IMG/VR virus record: IMGVR_UViG_3300031354_000003
Coordinates: 1 to 50,106 of that record
Origin: a virus
Lineage: Duplodnaviria > Caudoviricetes
Direction: 5' to 3' (one strand)
Length of the DNA stretch: 50,106 bases
A model generated the notes under the pieces. The model was not told the DNA's origin. It saw only the letters and a list, made by a program, of their open reading frames with translations, and did no database searches. A program made the position numbers and the translations under genes. Positions 34,891-43,501 of this stretch are shown piece after piece. Every line of letters begins with the position of its first letter. Within the stretch, counting starts at the first letter, position 1.

Positions 34891-36211
34891 CTCGCAGCTC
34901 CTCTTGCAAAGCAAGCATTGCGTCCAGAAATGCTTGCTGCGTATTCGTTTTGTCTTCCAACGACCGGGCCATGGCGACATCGATAGACGCTTTAGCCAGC
35001 AGCCGGTGAACGGTGACTTTGTCGCCGACGACTCCCTGCCGCCACACGCGACGAATTGCCTGGTAGTAGTCGTCCTGGTTGTCGGTCAGCGAGAACCAAA
35101 TGATGTCTGTCCCGCCGCGCTGTAGGTTTAACCCGTGCCCGGCCGCCGCGGGCTGAAGGATGAGTACCGGGAGCTTTCTCGCGTTCCACAGCGCAAATAG
35201 TTTCGACGACTTTTTAGAAGATGTCCCGCCTCGGACAATCGGTGCGTCGAGCATAGCGGACAGGTAGTCACCCTCAGACCGAAAATAACAAAACACGAGA
35301 GCCGGTCGGCCCTTGAGGTCGTCCAACAGCTTCCGGAGTGCGACGAGCTTCGCGTCGTGCACTATCTTCCCGTTCGCGTCGATACCGCTGGCCAGGCGTC
35401 GCGCTTGCATTCGGTCGGTACTCGAGTTGATACGGGAAGTCAAATCTATTTTGAGCACTGCGTTCTTCGCGTCTTCTTTCGCGGCATCAGGGAGCGCGAC
35501 TCGGATGTCATGGACTTCCAACGGCGGCAGCCGGAGGTGTATCTTCGCGTCAAGACGGATGCAAAACGGGGCGGCTTTCTCATAAATTATTTTTTCGGCG
35601 TTGTACCGCGGGACCCATTTATTGGTTCCGTATACCGGTTGAAAGAAGTGAAACTTGAAGCGATTCAGATACCGTCCGAACGTCTCTCCTCTGTCGACGA
35701 TGTACATTTGCGGGAACAGGTCGAGTAGTGTCAGTGGCGTCGGGGACCCGGTCAGCAGGTACCGCCTTTGAAAGTGATGTAAATGCTTTTTGATGAGCTT
35801 CGTTCGCTGGCTGCCCCACGATTTAAACTTCGAGGATTCGTCGATGATGAGCATTGCAAACTTATCGATGTACCCTCGAGCCTCCATCCACGGCAACGAT
35901 TCATTGTTCGTAACGTAGATGTCGGCCGGCTTCCGGTACGCCCGCTCTTTGTTCGCCCCTTGGATTACGGAGTACGAGATTCCGTTGAATTGGTCCCATC
36001 CCCCAATCTCCTCAGGCCATACCTGCGTCGCAATTTGCTTTGTGGCCGTGATGAGCGTTGGTGGCAGGCACCCGATACGCTTGAGCTCGTGGATGAGCAT
36101 GAGCATGATGGCTGTCTTCCCGAGTCCCGGGTCGGCGAGCAACGCCATAAACGGGTGGTCTAGCATCCGACGTGCAGATTGGAGTTGGTATGCGTGGGGA
36201 CGAAATAACAT
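34880..36211 (-). CDS. SNF2-like DEAD/DEAH helicase
   Basis: PHAYQ, DPGLGKT, IIDESSKFK, LTGSP, GHGLNLQ and RVWRQG. Confidence 0.93.
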   Translation of the reverse strand: MLFRPHAYQLQSARRMLDHPFMALLADPGLGKTAIMLMLIHELKRIGCLPPTLITATKQIATQVWPEEIGGWDQFNGISYSVIQGANKERAYRKPADIYVTNNESLPWMEARGYIDKFAMLIIDESSKFKSWGSQRTKLIKKHLHHFQRRYLLTGSPTPLTLLDLFPQMYIVDRGETFGRYLNRFKFHFFQPVYGTNKWVPRYNAEKIIYEKAAPFCIRLDAKIHLRLPPLEVHDIRVALPDAAKEDAKNAVLKIDLTSRINSSTDRMQARRLASGIDANGKIVHDAKLVALRKLLDDLKGRPALVFCYFRSEGDYLSAMLDAPIVRGGTSSKKSSKLFALWNARKLPVLILQPAAAGHGLNLQRGGTDIIWFSLTDNQDDYYQAIRRVWRQGVVGDKVTVHRLLAKASIDVAMARSLEDKTNTQQAFLDAMLALQEELRDVA

Positions 36212-36220
36212 GATCGGGTT

Positions 36221-36523
36221 TTATTTCTTCGACTCCCGGAACGCTCTCAGCCCTTCTCTTACTTGATAGTAGAGCGCTGTGGCGTCATCGAGATGAAACT
36301 GCAGTTGCAGCAGCTCTCGTTTCTTCTCGGATATTTCTACTCTTAGGGCATTAACTAGGTTCAGCTTTGTGGCTGCTATAGTGTTCCACGCCTCGGATTC
36401 TGTACGAAAATAGGTGTCTGGATAAACGGTTTTTCCGCACCGTGTTTTAGCCAGCGGTTTGAATTCACGACACTCAAGTTCAACCGGCCGATCATCTTGC
36501 ATGGCGCCTCGATAAACTTTCAT
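36221..36523 (-). CDS. Hypothetical protein
   Basis: 100 aa, GAGGGGG RBS. Confidence 0.55.
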   Translation of the reverse strand: MKVYRGAMQDDRPVELECREFKPLAKTRCGKTVYPDTYFRTESEAWNTIAATKLNLVNALRVEISEKKRELLQLQFHLDDATALYYQVREGLRAFRESKK

Positions 36524-36536
36524 CGGTTTTACCCCC

Positions 36537-36851
36537 TCATTTCGCGTATTTTACGAACACAACTTCCAATGCGTCCATGAACTCGTCTATCTCTTCGTCA
36601 CTTTGCAGCAACACCGCGTGGAACCCGTTTTCTCGCAACATTGCCCGGGTTGCCGCCTGCTCGGCGAGATGCTTTTTTGAGTGCCGGACCCCGGGAGCCT
36701 TTGTCTCGACGCGGACTTCAAAGCCGAGCGGAATCATGACACCGACATCCGGCCACCCTCGCGATGTTGGATGCTGGATTGGATGGCACCCCCAGCCATT
36801 TGCGTGACATCGGTTGCGGAGCCTTTCCTTCCGTTTTCCTTCAGGCGTCAT
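36537..36851 (-). CDS. VRR-NUC domain nuclease (resolvase-like)
   Basis: GWPD...VETKAPG...Q PD-(D/E)xK motif next to SNF2. Confidence 0.85.
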   Translation of the reverse strand: MTPEGKRKERLRNRCHANGWGCHPIQHPTSRGWPDVGVMIPLGFEVRVETKAPGVRHSKKHLAEQAATRAMLRENGFHAVLLQSDEEIDEFMDALEVVFVKYAK

Positions 36852-37041
36852 AGTCTTTGTCCGGGTTTTTGTCTGCCGGTATCAGGCGGTCTGGGCACGT
36901 CGATGCATCGGTATCAAAAGGCCGGATGACTGCGTCGATTGGGGTGTAGAACATGCGGTCGTCGCGCAACTTACATCTCGCATGCATCCAGCTATACCAA
37001 GCGCAGCCGCCGCATATCGGTTTATTGGTTTTCTTGGTCAT
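36841..37041 (-). CDS. Small Cys-rich hypothetical protein
   Basis: CxxC...C...C; overlapping operon. Confidence 0.5.
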   Translation of the reverse strand: MTKKTNKPICGGCAWYSWMHARCKLRDDRMFYTPIDAVIRPFDTDASTCPDRLIPADKNPDKDYDA

Positions 37042-37246
37042 TCAGAACGATCTCCATATCTTTTAGCAACGATCTGACGGACCTACGGTTTTTCCACAGC
37101 GACCACACCAAGTAGGGCGCCCCACAGTTTATGGACGCCGCGATTTTCTTCGCGCGGGAGTCGCCAGAAAAGTCATCCAGCACTGCTTCTTTTGCTGTCT
37201 CGTACAGCCTCCCATTTTTAGCCCTATACCGCTCTACTTTTTCCAT
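37022..37246 (-). CDS. Hypothetical protein
   Basis: 74 aa, GAAAAGGAAAAC RBS. Confidence 0.55.
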   Translation of the reverse strand: MEKVERYRAKNGRLYETAKEAVLDDFSGDSRAKKIAASINCGAPYLVWSLWKNRRSVRSLLKDMEIVLNDQENQ

Positions 37247-37443
37247 CGCTTGTTTTCCTTTTCGTAGTCTAGAATTAAGTCCTCTGTCCGGGTATATGTC
37301 TCATACAGCCCGGCCCACAGCACCCTGCAATGCCTCGCAGCCGTAGCGACTACCACGCCTTCGCAGGCCGGATTCTTTCGCCACCGGACACTGGCACCTG
37401 GGCGAAATCCGCAGAAGCCAGATGGCAGCTCGCATCGTCTCAC
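37234..37443 (-). CDS. Hypothetical SH3-like protein
   Basis: FRPGASVRW...GVVV...RVLW pattern. Confidence 0.45.
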   Translation of the reverse strand: MRRCELPSGFCGFRPGASVRWRKNPACEGVVVATAARHCRVLWAGLYETYTRTEDLILDYEKENKRWKK

Positions 37444-37556
37444 TTAAGCACCCAGGTTATCAGACCAAAGAGCCCAACCAAAAAAGCAAACACCAGAAGG
37501 CCGAGCGGCCCGAAAAGAACCAACACACCAAATGCTGCTGCAACCCAGAATATCAT
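37440..37556 (-). CDS. Small membrane peptide (38 aa)
   Basis: MIFWVAAAFGVLVLFGPLGLLVFAFLVGLFGLITWVLK; GAGGAAG RBS. Confidence 0.5.
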   Translation of the reverse strand: MIFWVAAAFGVLVLFGPLGLLVFAFLVGLFGLITWVLK

Positions 37557-37927
37557 TACAGCTTCCTCATCTTTCCGCAGTTGCAAACCCGGAGCCCATG
37601 ACCGTACACGTGCACTTCGACGCCGTACTGCGTGTAGCACGGCTTGTCGTTTTGAGGGTATGCGGGCTCAAACATCGGCTCCGTCGGCCGGTGCTCTTCA
37701 ATACACGTCAAGGCCCACAGTGCCGCGCCAGACCCTGGGCGCCCTTTAGTAACCCTGCGGACGCGCCCTTCGGCTTCCAATCGATGCAGGATATGACACC
37801 CCCAGGATGCGGCGACTCTCGGCTTGATACCGAATACATCTACCGCAAGGTCTTTTGCCGTCGCCTTGCCTTTTTCTTTCAGATAGTCTATCGCAGCTTC
37901 GTAGTCATGTTGTCTTGACATGCCCAT
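37556..37927 (-). CDS. Winged-helix DNA-binding protein
   Basis: IDYLKEKGKATAKDLA...ILHRLEAEGRVRR...W. Confidence 0.65.
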   Translation of the reverse strand: MGMSRQHDYEAAIDYLKEKGKATAKDLAVDVFGIKPRVAASWGCHILHRLEAEGRVRRVTKGRPGSGAALWALTCIEEHRPTEPMFEPAYPQNDKPCYTQYGVEVHVYGHGLRVCNCGKMRKL

Positions 37928-38322
37928 TGTTCGCCCCCTTTAATGGCTCGTACATCGTACCGGTATTCCCAGTTAGCAATCCCGGTTTCATATTTCACTT
38001 TGACCTGGTCTCCGGCCGTCGCGATGACGGCCCCCCGGCCGAATATTGTTTCGACTTTCTGGTGTAGCTCTATCATCTGTGTCACCTCGCCGAATTCCTT
38101 TCCGCGTTTCAGCGCTTCTAAATCCGGTTTTCTCGCGCCGTTGACATCGGTTTCCGAAATCCGCATGACAGGCGAAATCCAAAGTACTTTCATTTGACCT
38201 TCCGTCTTTTTTGCCTTGTCGATGTGGATACAGAATTCCTGGCGTGCCGTCCGTATGGCGCTGCTGAGGCGCAGGGCTTTTTCCCTGTCCGTTTCCGTTC
38301 GCACTTTTATGGCCGATTCCAT
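37888..38322 (-). CDS. Hypothetical protein
   Basis: 144 aa in the operon. Confidence 0.5.
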   Translation of the reverse strand: MESAIKVRTETDREKALRLSSAIRTARQEFCIHIDKAKKTEGQMKVLWISPVMRISETDVNGARKPDLEALKRGKEFGEVTQMIELHQKVETIFGRGAVIATAGDQVKVKYETGIANWEYRYDVRAIKGGEQWACQDNMTTKLR

Positions 38323-38579
38323 CAGTCTTCACCTTCTTTTTCATCTTTCACCACCCGAAACCTACTCGTCGGCGAGTGGGCCGCACGAGGATCTCTGGGT
38401 GGAGGGTCGAGCGGAGATTCATAATGTCCGGCCGCCATTTGGTCGTAAATCCCAAGTATTGTGTCTTTTGCGGTGACTTCCTTTGGTTTTGGATTCCCAA
38501 ATCCTTTAGGTTGCAGCGGTCGTTTCTTATTCGACAACGGATCCCAGGCAGTCTTTTCCCATTTGACTTTACTCATCAT
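38322..38579 (-). CDS. Hypothetical protein
   Basis: MMSKVKWEK...; ATGA-coupled to the SLT stop. Confidence 0.5.
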   Translation of the reverse strand: MMSKVKWEKTAWDPLSNKKRPLQPKGFGNPKPKEVTAKDTILGIYDQMAAGHYESPLDPPPRDPRAAHSPTSRFRVVKDEKEGED

Positions 38580-39001
38580 TTGAACCTCGCTTTCAATCTC
38601 TCGACCTTCCGGAGCCTGGCCGATGTCTTCCGGCGAGCTCGCGGTGTTCCACGGCAGTCGCCGGACATGTAACGGTACAGTCCGCGCTTCATCGACCCGC
38701 AAAATCGGCGGTTCATATCGATCAGGAACGCGCCGCACTCGACGCCGAGCGGCTGGATACCGGCGGCCTTGCACGCTTTCTTCGAGCGCCCGTGAACCTG
38801 GAACATACCAACCTCCCCGAGCTTCCCGACACGATCCGTCCGCATCGAAGACTCTTGATAGGCCATGACTGCGAGCAGTACCGGATCGACATCGTACTGG
38901 GCGCCGTAGCGGTCGAAGTCTTTTGCGATTTCCACGGCGTGCTTGGTCGCCGGGTTCGCGATCCACCCGGACAGCAGAAACAAAACGATTTTGAGTGTCA
39001 T
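38576..39001 (-). CDS. Lytic transglycosylase (SLT domain) with hydrophobic N-terminus
   Basis: YDVDPVLLAVMAYQESS...GEVGMFQV...Y..G. Confidence 0.85.
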   Translation of the reverse strand: MTLKIVLFLLSGWIANPATKHAVEIAKDFDRYGAQYDVDPVLLAVMAYQESSMRTDRVGKLGEVGMFQVHGRSKKACKAAGIQPLGVECGAFLIDMNRRFCGSMKRGLYRYMSGDCRGTPRARRKTSARLRKVERLKARFK

Positions 39002-39078
39002 CGGATACCTTTCAACTTCCAAAGCGTCCATTCAACCGCAAGCACGGCGGCCAGTAGAACGAGTGCCGTTTCAATCAT
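38998..39078 (-). CDS. 26-aa single-transmembrane peptide
   Basis: MIETALVLLAAVLAVEWTLWKLKGIR; ATGA overlaps at both ends. Confidence 0.55.
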   Translation of the reverse strand: MIETALVLLAAVLAVEWTLWKLKGIR

Positions 39079-39647
39079 TCAAGTATCCCCGCTAACAGAG
39101 GGAACTTGATTTGGTACGACTCTTTTTTCGGCTCCGCCTTCGGGATACATTGCTCAGGCATCGGCTCGATTCTGACCTCGCCATCGTGAAACAGGTCAAA
39201 GTCATCACGGTCGTCGAAATTAAGGAGGTAGTCCGGGTCGCACTCATGGGTAAATCCACTGGGCGTCACCCACACACCACAGCACTCACGGTAGTCTTGC
39301 TCGGTCGGCTGCCAGCTTTTGTCTTGCATCTCGTCGGTAAACCCACTGTGATTGAATACCTTTATTTTTGCTTTATCTTTGGCGTCTCCCCAGTCGATTT
39401 CATAGCCCCAGTACTGGCTGTCGATGGTGTCAGTAGCGGGTGCCGAACCGTTGTCGAACTTGTCAAGCTCATACAAGGCATACTTTGCGTTGTTCGAAGT
39501 GTAGCGGTTATAGGCCCCGTCTTCGAGGTACCCGCGGATAGCGTCGATAGCCATCTCTTTAGTACCACAGGACCCGCTTGGGCCCATCCACTCCAACCCT
39601 CTCAGTCCAGACAGACGATTTATCAACTGTTCAAAGGTTTCATACAT
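39075..39647 (-). CDS. Hypothetical protein
   Basis: 190 aa, first gene after promoter copy 9; GGAAGGTG RBS. Confidence 0.65.
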   Translation of the reverse strand: MYETFEQLINRLSGLRGLEWMGPSGSCGTKEMAIDAIRGYLEDGAYNRYTSNNAKYALYELDKFDNGSAPATDTIDSQYWGYEIDWGDAKDKAKIKVFNHSGFTDEMQDKSWQPTEQDYRECCGVWVTPSGFTHECDPDYLLNFDDRDDFDLFHDGEVRIEPMPEQCIPKAEPKKESYQIKFPLLAGILE

Positions 39648-39671
39648 GATTTCACCTTCCTTCCATTTATT

Positions 39672-39700
39672 AGTGTACCATCTATGGGTGGTAGGGTAAA
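39672..39700 (-). promoter_or_regulatory. Repeated promoter, copy 9 (TTTACC-17-TACACT)
   Basis: Spacer CTACCACCCATAGATGG is a variant of the shared palindrome. Confidence 0.6.
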
Positions 39701-39710
39701 CATATTTCGC

Positions 39711-40133
39711 TCACCCTCGTGATTTTTCTTGTGTTGCCGGTTGCTCTTCCTCAAACTCGCTGCAGAATCTGGGCTTCCGCGGGTTGAAGATGATAAGCGG
39801 GCTCGGCTGGCCGTACACCGTGGCCTTTCTTGCGGCGCATCGGTGCACGGCCCCCGTGAAAGCGTCGAACCTCAGATGCTTGCAATCGCAGCATCTTATC
39901 GCAAGGTTCTTTAAAAATCGAATAGCCATAGCTCCAACCTGTACGGCCTCATCGAGCATATTTTGCCCGCTGTCGTTCTCGTACACGTGGTTCAATGTAG
40001 CTCGCGTGAGCTCTCCGGATTCCTCCGCGACTATTGCGCCGGCATGTATGAGGTCTGTCGGCCACGTAGGATGCTTTTCCTCAGCCCTGGCAAGCTCTTC
40101 CAGTATCTTGTCTACTACCTCATCAGTATTCAT
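39711..40133 (-). CDS. MazG-like nucleotide pyrophosphohydrolase with Cys-rich C-terminus
   Basis: RAEEKHP...IVAEESGE...EAVQVGAMAIRF. Confidence 0.7.
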   Translation of the reverse strand: MNTDEVVDKILEELARAEEKHPTWPTDLIHAGAIVAEESGELTRATLNHVYENDSGQNMLDEAVQVGAMAIRFLKNLAIRCCDCKHLRFDAFTGAVHRCAARKATVYGQPSPLIIFNPRKPRFCSEFEEEQPATQEKSRG

Positions 40134-40157
40134 GTTTTTCTGCCCTTTCTGTACCGG

Positions 40158-42191
40158 CTATTCCTTCCGGTAAAATTTTCCAACCCAGCCCTCGGAGGCC
40201 AGTGGGATTCCTTTCGCCCACGGCAATACCTTTTCCATCTCCCAGGCCATGCGTTTCAAGACGATTTCTGCAAAACGCTCGAGCACGTGGGCGACCAGTT
40301 CGTCATGGACATGCATCACAAGCTCGCCGTACTTCGTTTCCTTGAGCCATCGATGGATTCGAAGAAGTGCGGTCATCAGGATGTCGCGGCTGAACGCCTG
40401 GACGCCGTTTTCCGTGACGGCGCTACCCTTCGTAAAAATTTCATCGACCCACACCTGTTTCCGGTATCCGGAATACGCAATGCGTTCGTAGGTCCCGTTG
40501 CGGCCATAGGCTTCTTCAAGCCGGATGCTTGGGTAGTACAACGTCCGCCCGGACGGAAGGGTGACGGCCATCGTATCGTGAGGGCCGAGCTTTGTCAGGC
40601 TGAAAAAGACCTTGCCCTTAAAATTCTGGTCTTTCCGCGTCCTCAATAAGTCCTTTACGAGCTGGTCGATCTTCCACCACATCTTCGGCACTTTCGGAAA
40701 CAGCCTCCGGAAAGCGGCCACCGATTTCTCAGCGAGTTCTAGCGGGACCTCGATGCCCTTTTCGTACAGGGATTCCTGGAACCGGGGCGCTTGCATCCCG
40801 AACCCGCAGCCCAAGAAAGTCGCTTTCCCGATGCCTCGCTCTGTGCTGGTTATCTCAGAAACCGGCTTGTTGAAGATGACGGACGCCGTTATCTTGTATT
40901 GGTCTACCCCTGCCGCAAAACGTTCGAGCGCAGTAGTCTCACCCGCCAACCACATGGTCCCGCGTGCTTCTATCTGCGCTAGGTCATTCGATACGAGCAC
41001 GTGTCCTGGGAGCGCGGCAACCGAGCACCGAACCATGCTGTCCAAGACGTCCTTCAGCTCATGCCCGTCGATGTCTTTCCCGCGTTTGAAAGGCTCTATC
41101 ATCGGGCCTACCGTGTCCGCGTCAAGCTTCGGGCGAACGGCATTCTGAAGCTGAACCCCTTTTGCGCTGGCTCGCCCTGTATGGCTGCCGTAATAATAGA
41201 AAGCGTTGTAAACCCGGTCTCCGGTTGCCAGTCGTGGGATTGCTTTGTATTTGGCCTGAGCGTTACCGCCCCCTAACTGCCGGAGCTCGAGCACCCGCAA
41301 CACGTGCTTCGGCGCGCGTTCGTTGTGTTTCAGACAATATTTGATTTCCCCTGCAGTGAGGTCTTTGATGACAATATGCCGACGGATCCAGGCGAGCAGC
41401 TTGTCACGATGATTTTGAGTCGGTACCTTTCCATCGGTCAGCCGCTGAACTTCTTTCGCTATTTCGGATTTAAATATGTCCGACCGCCGGGATGCCTCGT
41501 CGACCAGCTCCCTGTCTACCGGGACACCGGTCAGGTTGATTTCCTGGTCGGCGAGCCACAGGGCTCTTTCAGACGGCGTCAAGGGGAACATCAACCGCAT
41601 GGCGGCGCGCATCGCCCGGACGTCGCCAACATTGTACCTAACCATCTCTTGGTAGGTCTCGGCGTCAAAGTTCCAAGGGGTTCCTTTCCGGGAATTCATC
41701 CACTGCGGCCGAGGGGCATAAAGCTTTTTCAACGCGGTGTTGTCCGCCTTACCCGGGAGCCCGAGAAACAGGCACACGTCGTCTAGGCCAGCTGACAGGC
41801 AGTTATATCGCGCTGTCGCGGACGAGCACACCCATTGTTCGATCGGGGTCCTTGGCCACCCGTACCACTTCGTAAGCAAGTCAAGCCAGAAAGTCCGGTC
41901 GAAGGTTGCGTTGTGCGCGCAAAGCGGCTCACCCTCAAGCACACGCTCCCTGAGGTCCGGCGGGCATGAGAAGTCAACCCGGCCTCCGATGTCCTTCCGC
42001 AAGGCAACCCGGACGGCCAGGCTTTCGTGCCCGGTCCACGGAGCCCACCGGTGGATGCCGCCGTCGTCAAAGGCATAGCAGGCGCTCAGGGGCTGCGTAC
42101 TTTCGTGGCGCACGTAGTTGACCGTGCCGACGCTCACTTGATTTGGCGACAGCTTTGCGAAAGACCGGGCTTCGAAGTCAATGAAAATCAT
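40158..42191 (-). CDS. polA: DNA polymerase family A (APSE-like) with 3'-5' exonuclease
   Basis: IDFEARS, AHNATFDR, YNVGDV, HTGR, QLQN, motif A DLAQIEAR, motif B RGIGKATFLGCGFG and motif C HVHDE. Confidence 0.96.
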   Translation of the reverse strand: MIFIDFEARSFAKLSPNQVSVGTVNYVRHESTQPLSACYAFDDGGIHRWAPWTGHESLAVRVALRKDIGGRVDFSCPPDLRERVLEGEPLCAHNATFDRTFWLDLLTKWYGWPRTPIEQWVCSSATARYNCLSAGLDDVCLFLGLPGKADNTALKKLYAPRPQWMNSRKGTPWNFDAETYQEMVRYNVGDVRAMRAAMRLMFPLTPSERALWLADQEINLTGVPVDRELVDEASRRSDIFKSEIAKEVQRLTDGKVPTQNHRDKLLAWIRRHIVIKDLTAGEIKYCLKHNERAPKHVLRVLELRQLGGGNAQAKYKAIPRLATGDRVYNAFYYYGSHTGRASAKGVQLQNAVRPKLDADTVGPMIEPFKRGKDIDGHELKDVLDSMVRCSVAALPGHVLVSNDLAQIEARGTMWLAGETTALERFAAGVDQYKITASVIFNKPVSEITSTERGIGKATFLGCGFGMQAPRFQESLYEKGIEVPLELAEKSVAAFRRLFPKVPKMWWKIDQLVKDLLRTRKDQNFKGKVFFSLTKLGPHDTMAVTLPSGRTLYYPSIRLEEAYGRNGTYERIAYSGYRKQVWVDEIFTKGSAVTENGVQAFSRDILMTALLRIHRWLKETKYGELVMHVHDELVAHVLERFAEIVLKRMAWEMEKVLPWAKGIPLASEGWVGKFYRKE

Positions 42192-42198
42192 GGCAGGG

Positions 42199-42462
42199 TC
42201 ACCACTGTATAAAACTGTGGATACAGTGGGGGCACCATGTCACCAACCCTTTGGATTCCTCTGTCGAAAACCCGGTGACCCATCCTTGCATGCCGAAGGA
42301 CTTTTGGAACTCCGTCGGCTCGTGGTACACCGCGCTGTAGATTTGCAGCCCACAGTTACCGCAGATGCCATCTCGGGGAGCGACGTGCGGGTATCCTTTT
42401 GACGCGCAGTATTCTTCTTGGTTTTGAATTGACTCTTCAACGTCGTACTTTTTCATGGCCAT
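42199..42462 (-). CDS. Cys-rich hypothetical protein
   Basis: Q.EYC....PHVAP.DGICxxC...VT.CPHC. Confidence 0.65.
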   Translation of the reverse strand: MAMKKYDVEESIQNQEEYCASKGYPHVAPRDGICGNCGLQIYSAVYHEPTEFQKSFGMQGWVTGFSTEESKGLVTWCPHCIHSFIQW

Positions 42463-42474
42463 AACACCCCTAAG

Positions 42475-42738
42475 TCAGTTCACCGGAACCAAAATCAAGG
42501 ACCTCGGCATCCTGAGCATTTCATCCCATTCCTCTTCGTCCACACATTCATCCTCCGCCGATGAGTCCGTCGAAAACACATCCCCATACCAGGGCTCCCG
42601 GGCTATGTACACCGCGTTTCCGTCGACGCAATACAATGGAGAGTAGCTATTGCCCTCAGAGTCGCTTTGGACGATGACCTCCATTTCATCCGGATAATTC
42701 TTCAATGTTTCTCGCAGTTCTTTTACCTTCATTGCCAT
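42475..42738 (-). CDS. Hypothetical protein
   Basis: MKVKEL.E.L...P.EMEV...DSEGNSYSP; AAGGAGG RBS. Confidence 0.65.
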   Translation of the reverse strand: MAMKVKELRETLKNYPDEMEVIVQSDSEGNSYSPLYCVDGNAVYIAREPWYGDVFSTDSSAEDECVDEEEWDEMLRMPRSLILVPVN

Positions 42739-42805
42739 ATCAGGCCTCCTTCCCTCAAGGACGCCCGCCTCCCGAAAGAGACGGACGCGTTGAAGGCGGG
42801 AAACT

Positions 42806-43492
42806 TTAGAACGGGATGCCGTTCGGGTCGTCGGCATCGGCCCCGGAATCCGGGACAGGCATATCCTCGGCGCCCGGGACGGCGGGCACGTCATACGCGG
42901 TGTCGTCGTTGGCCCCGAGTCGCGGGCCGTCGGCCACGAATTGGATCCACTTGAGGCCGATTGACAGCGCATTTTTTCGGTTTTTGTAGATGTCTACGAG
43001 GGCCCGGCAGTAGCACCCATCGTAGAATATCGACGGGTCGGCCGGTTGCCCGGTGCCTGAAACACATTGCGCACGAAACCGGGAGTCGGTGTGCGACTGA
43101 CCCTTCGACGGGTGCTTGGATGCCGTCGCACTTTGGGTCCATTCTTCAAACCCGTCGTAGGGCTCGCCTTCCTTGTCCTCGATCACGCCTCGCGCGAAAG
43201 GATTGGCCTCCCCGCCCCTCGCTTTCAGGTTGATGGAGTTTGCCGCGGCAACCTTTGCGAGCGCATCGCCGATAACACTCCGCATGTCGACAAAAGCCGG
43301 GGCGTCGGGTTTCTCACCGTTGAAAAGCATTTTAATCCGGTAACGATACTTCCCATCGTCTTGGTAGTCCGTTGGCTCGACCAAAACCGGAAACCGGAGC
43401 CGAAATACCGGTGTGATGATTATTGCTTTTTTCCCGCTGACTTCCTCAGCCCTTCCGGTCTTCAGCATCCCTTCCAATTTCATGATGTCCAT
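42806..43492 (-). CDS. ssb: Single-stranded DNA-binding protein (DUF2815 / T7 gp2.5-like)
   Basis: RLRFPVLVEP, FYDGCYCRA, GL..IQFVADG.RLG and acidic tail ending IPF. Confidence 0.88.
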   Translation of the reverse strand: MDIMKLEGMLKTGRAEEVSGKKAIIITPVFRLRFPVLVEPTDYQDDGKYRYRIKMLFNGEKPDAPAFVDMRSVIGDALAKVAAANSINLKARGGEANPFARGVIEDKEGEPYDGFEEWTQSATASKHPSKGQSHTDSRFRAQCVSGTGQPADPSIFYDGCYCRALVDIYKNRKNALSIGLKWIQFVADGPRLGANDDTAYDVPAVPGAEDMPVPDSGADADDPNGIPF

Positions 43493-43501
43493 TTCAATCT
43501 C

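Noticed and set aside
39711-42191. 2-aminoadenine (Z) genome system suggested by PolA plus MazG-like genes
   Set aside because: No PurZ/adenylosuccinate synthetase or DatZ-like HD gene recognised.
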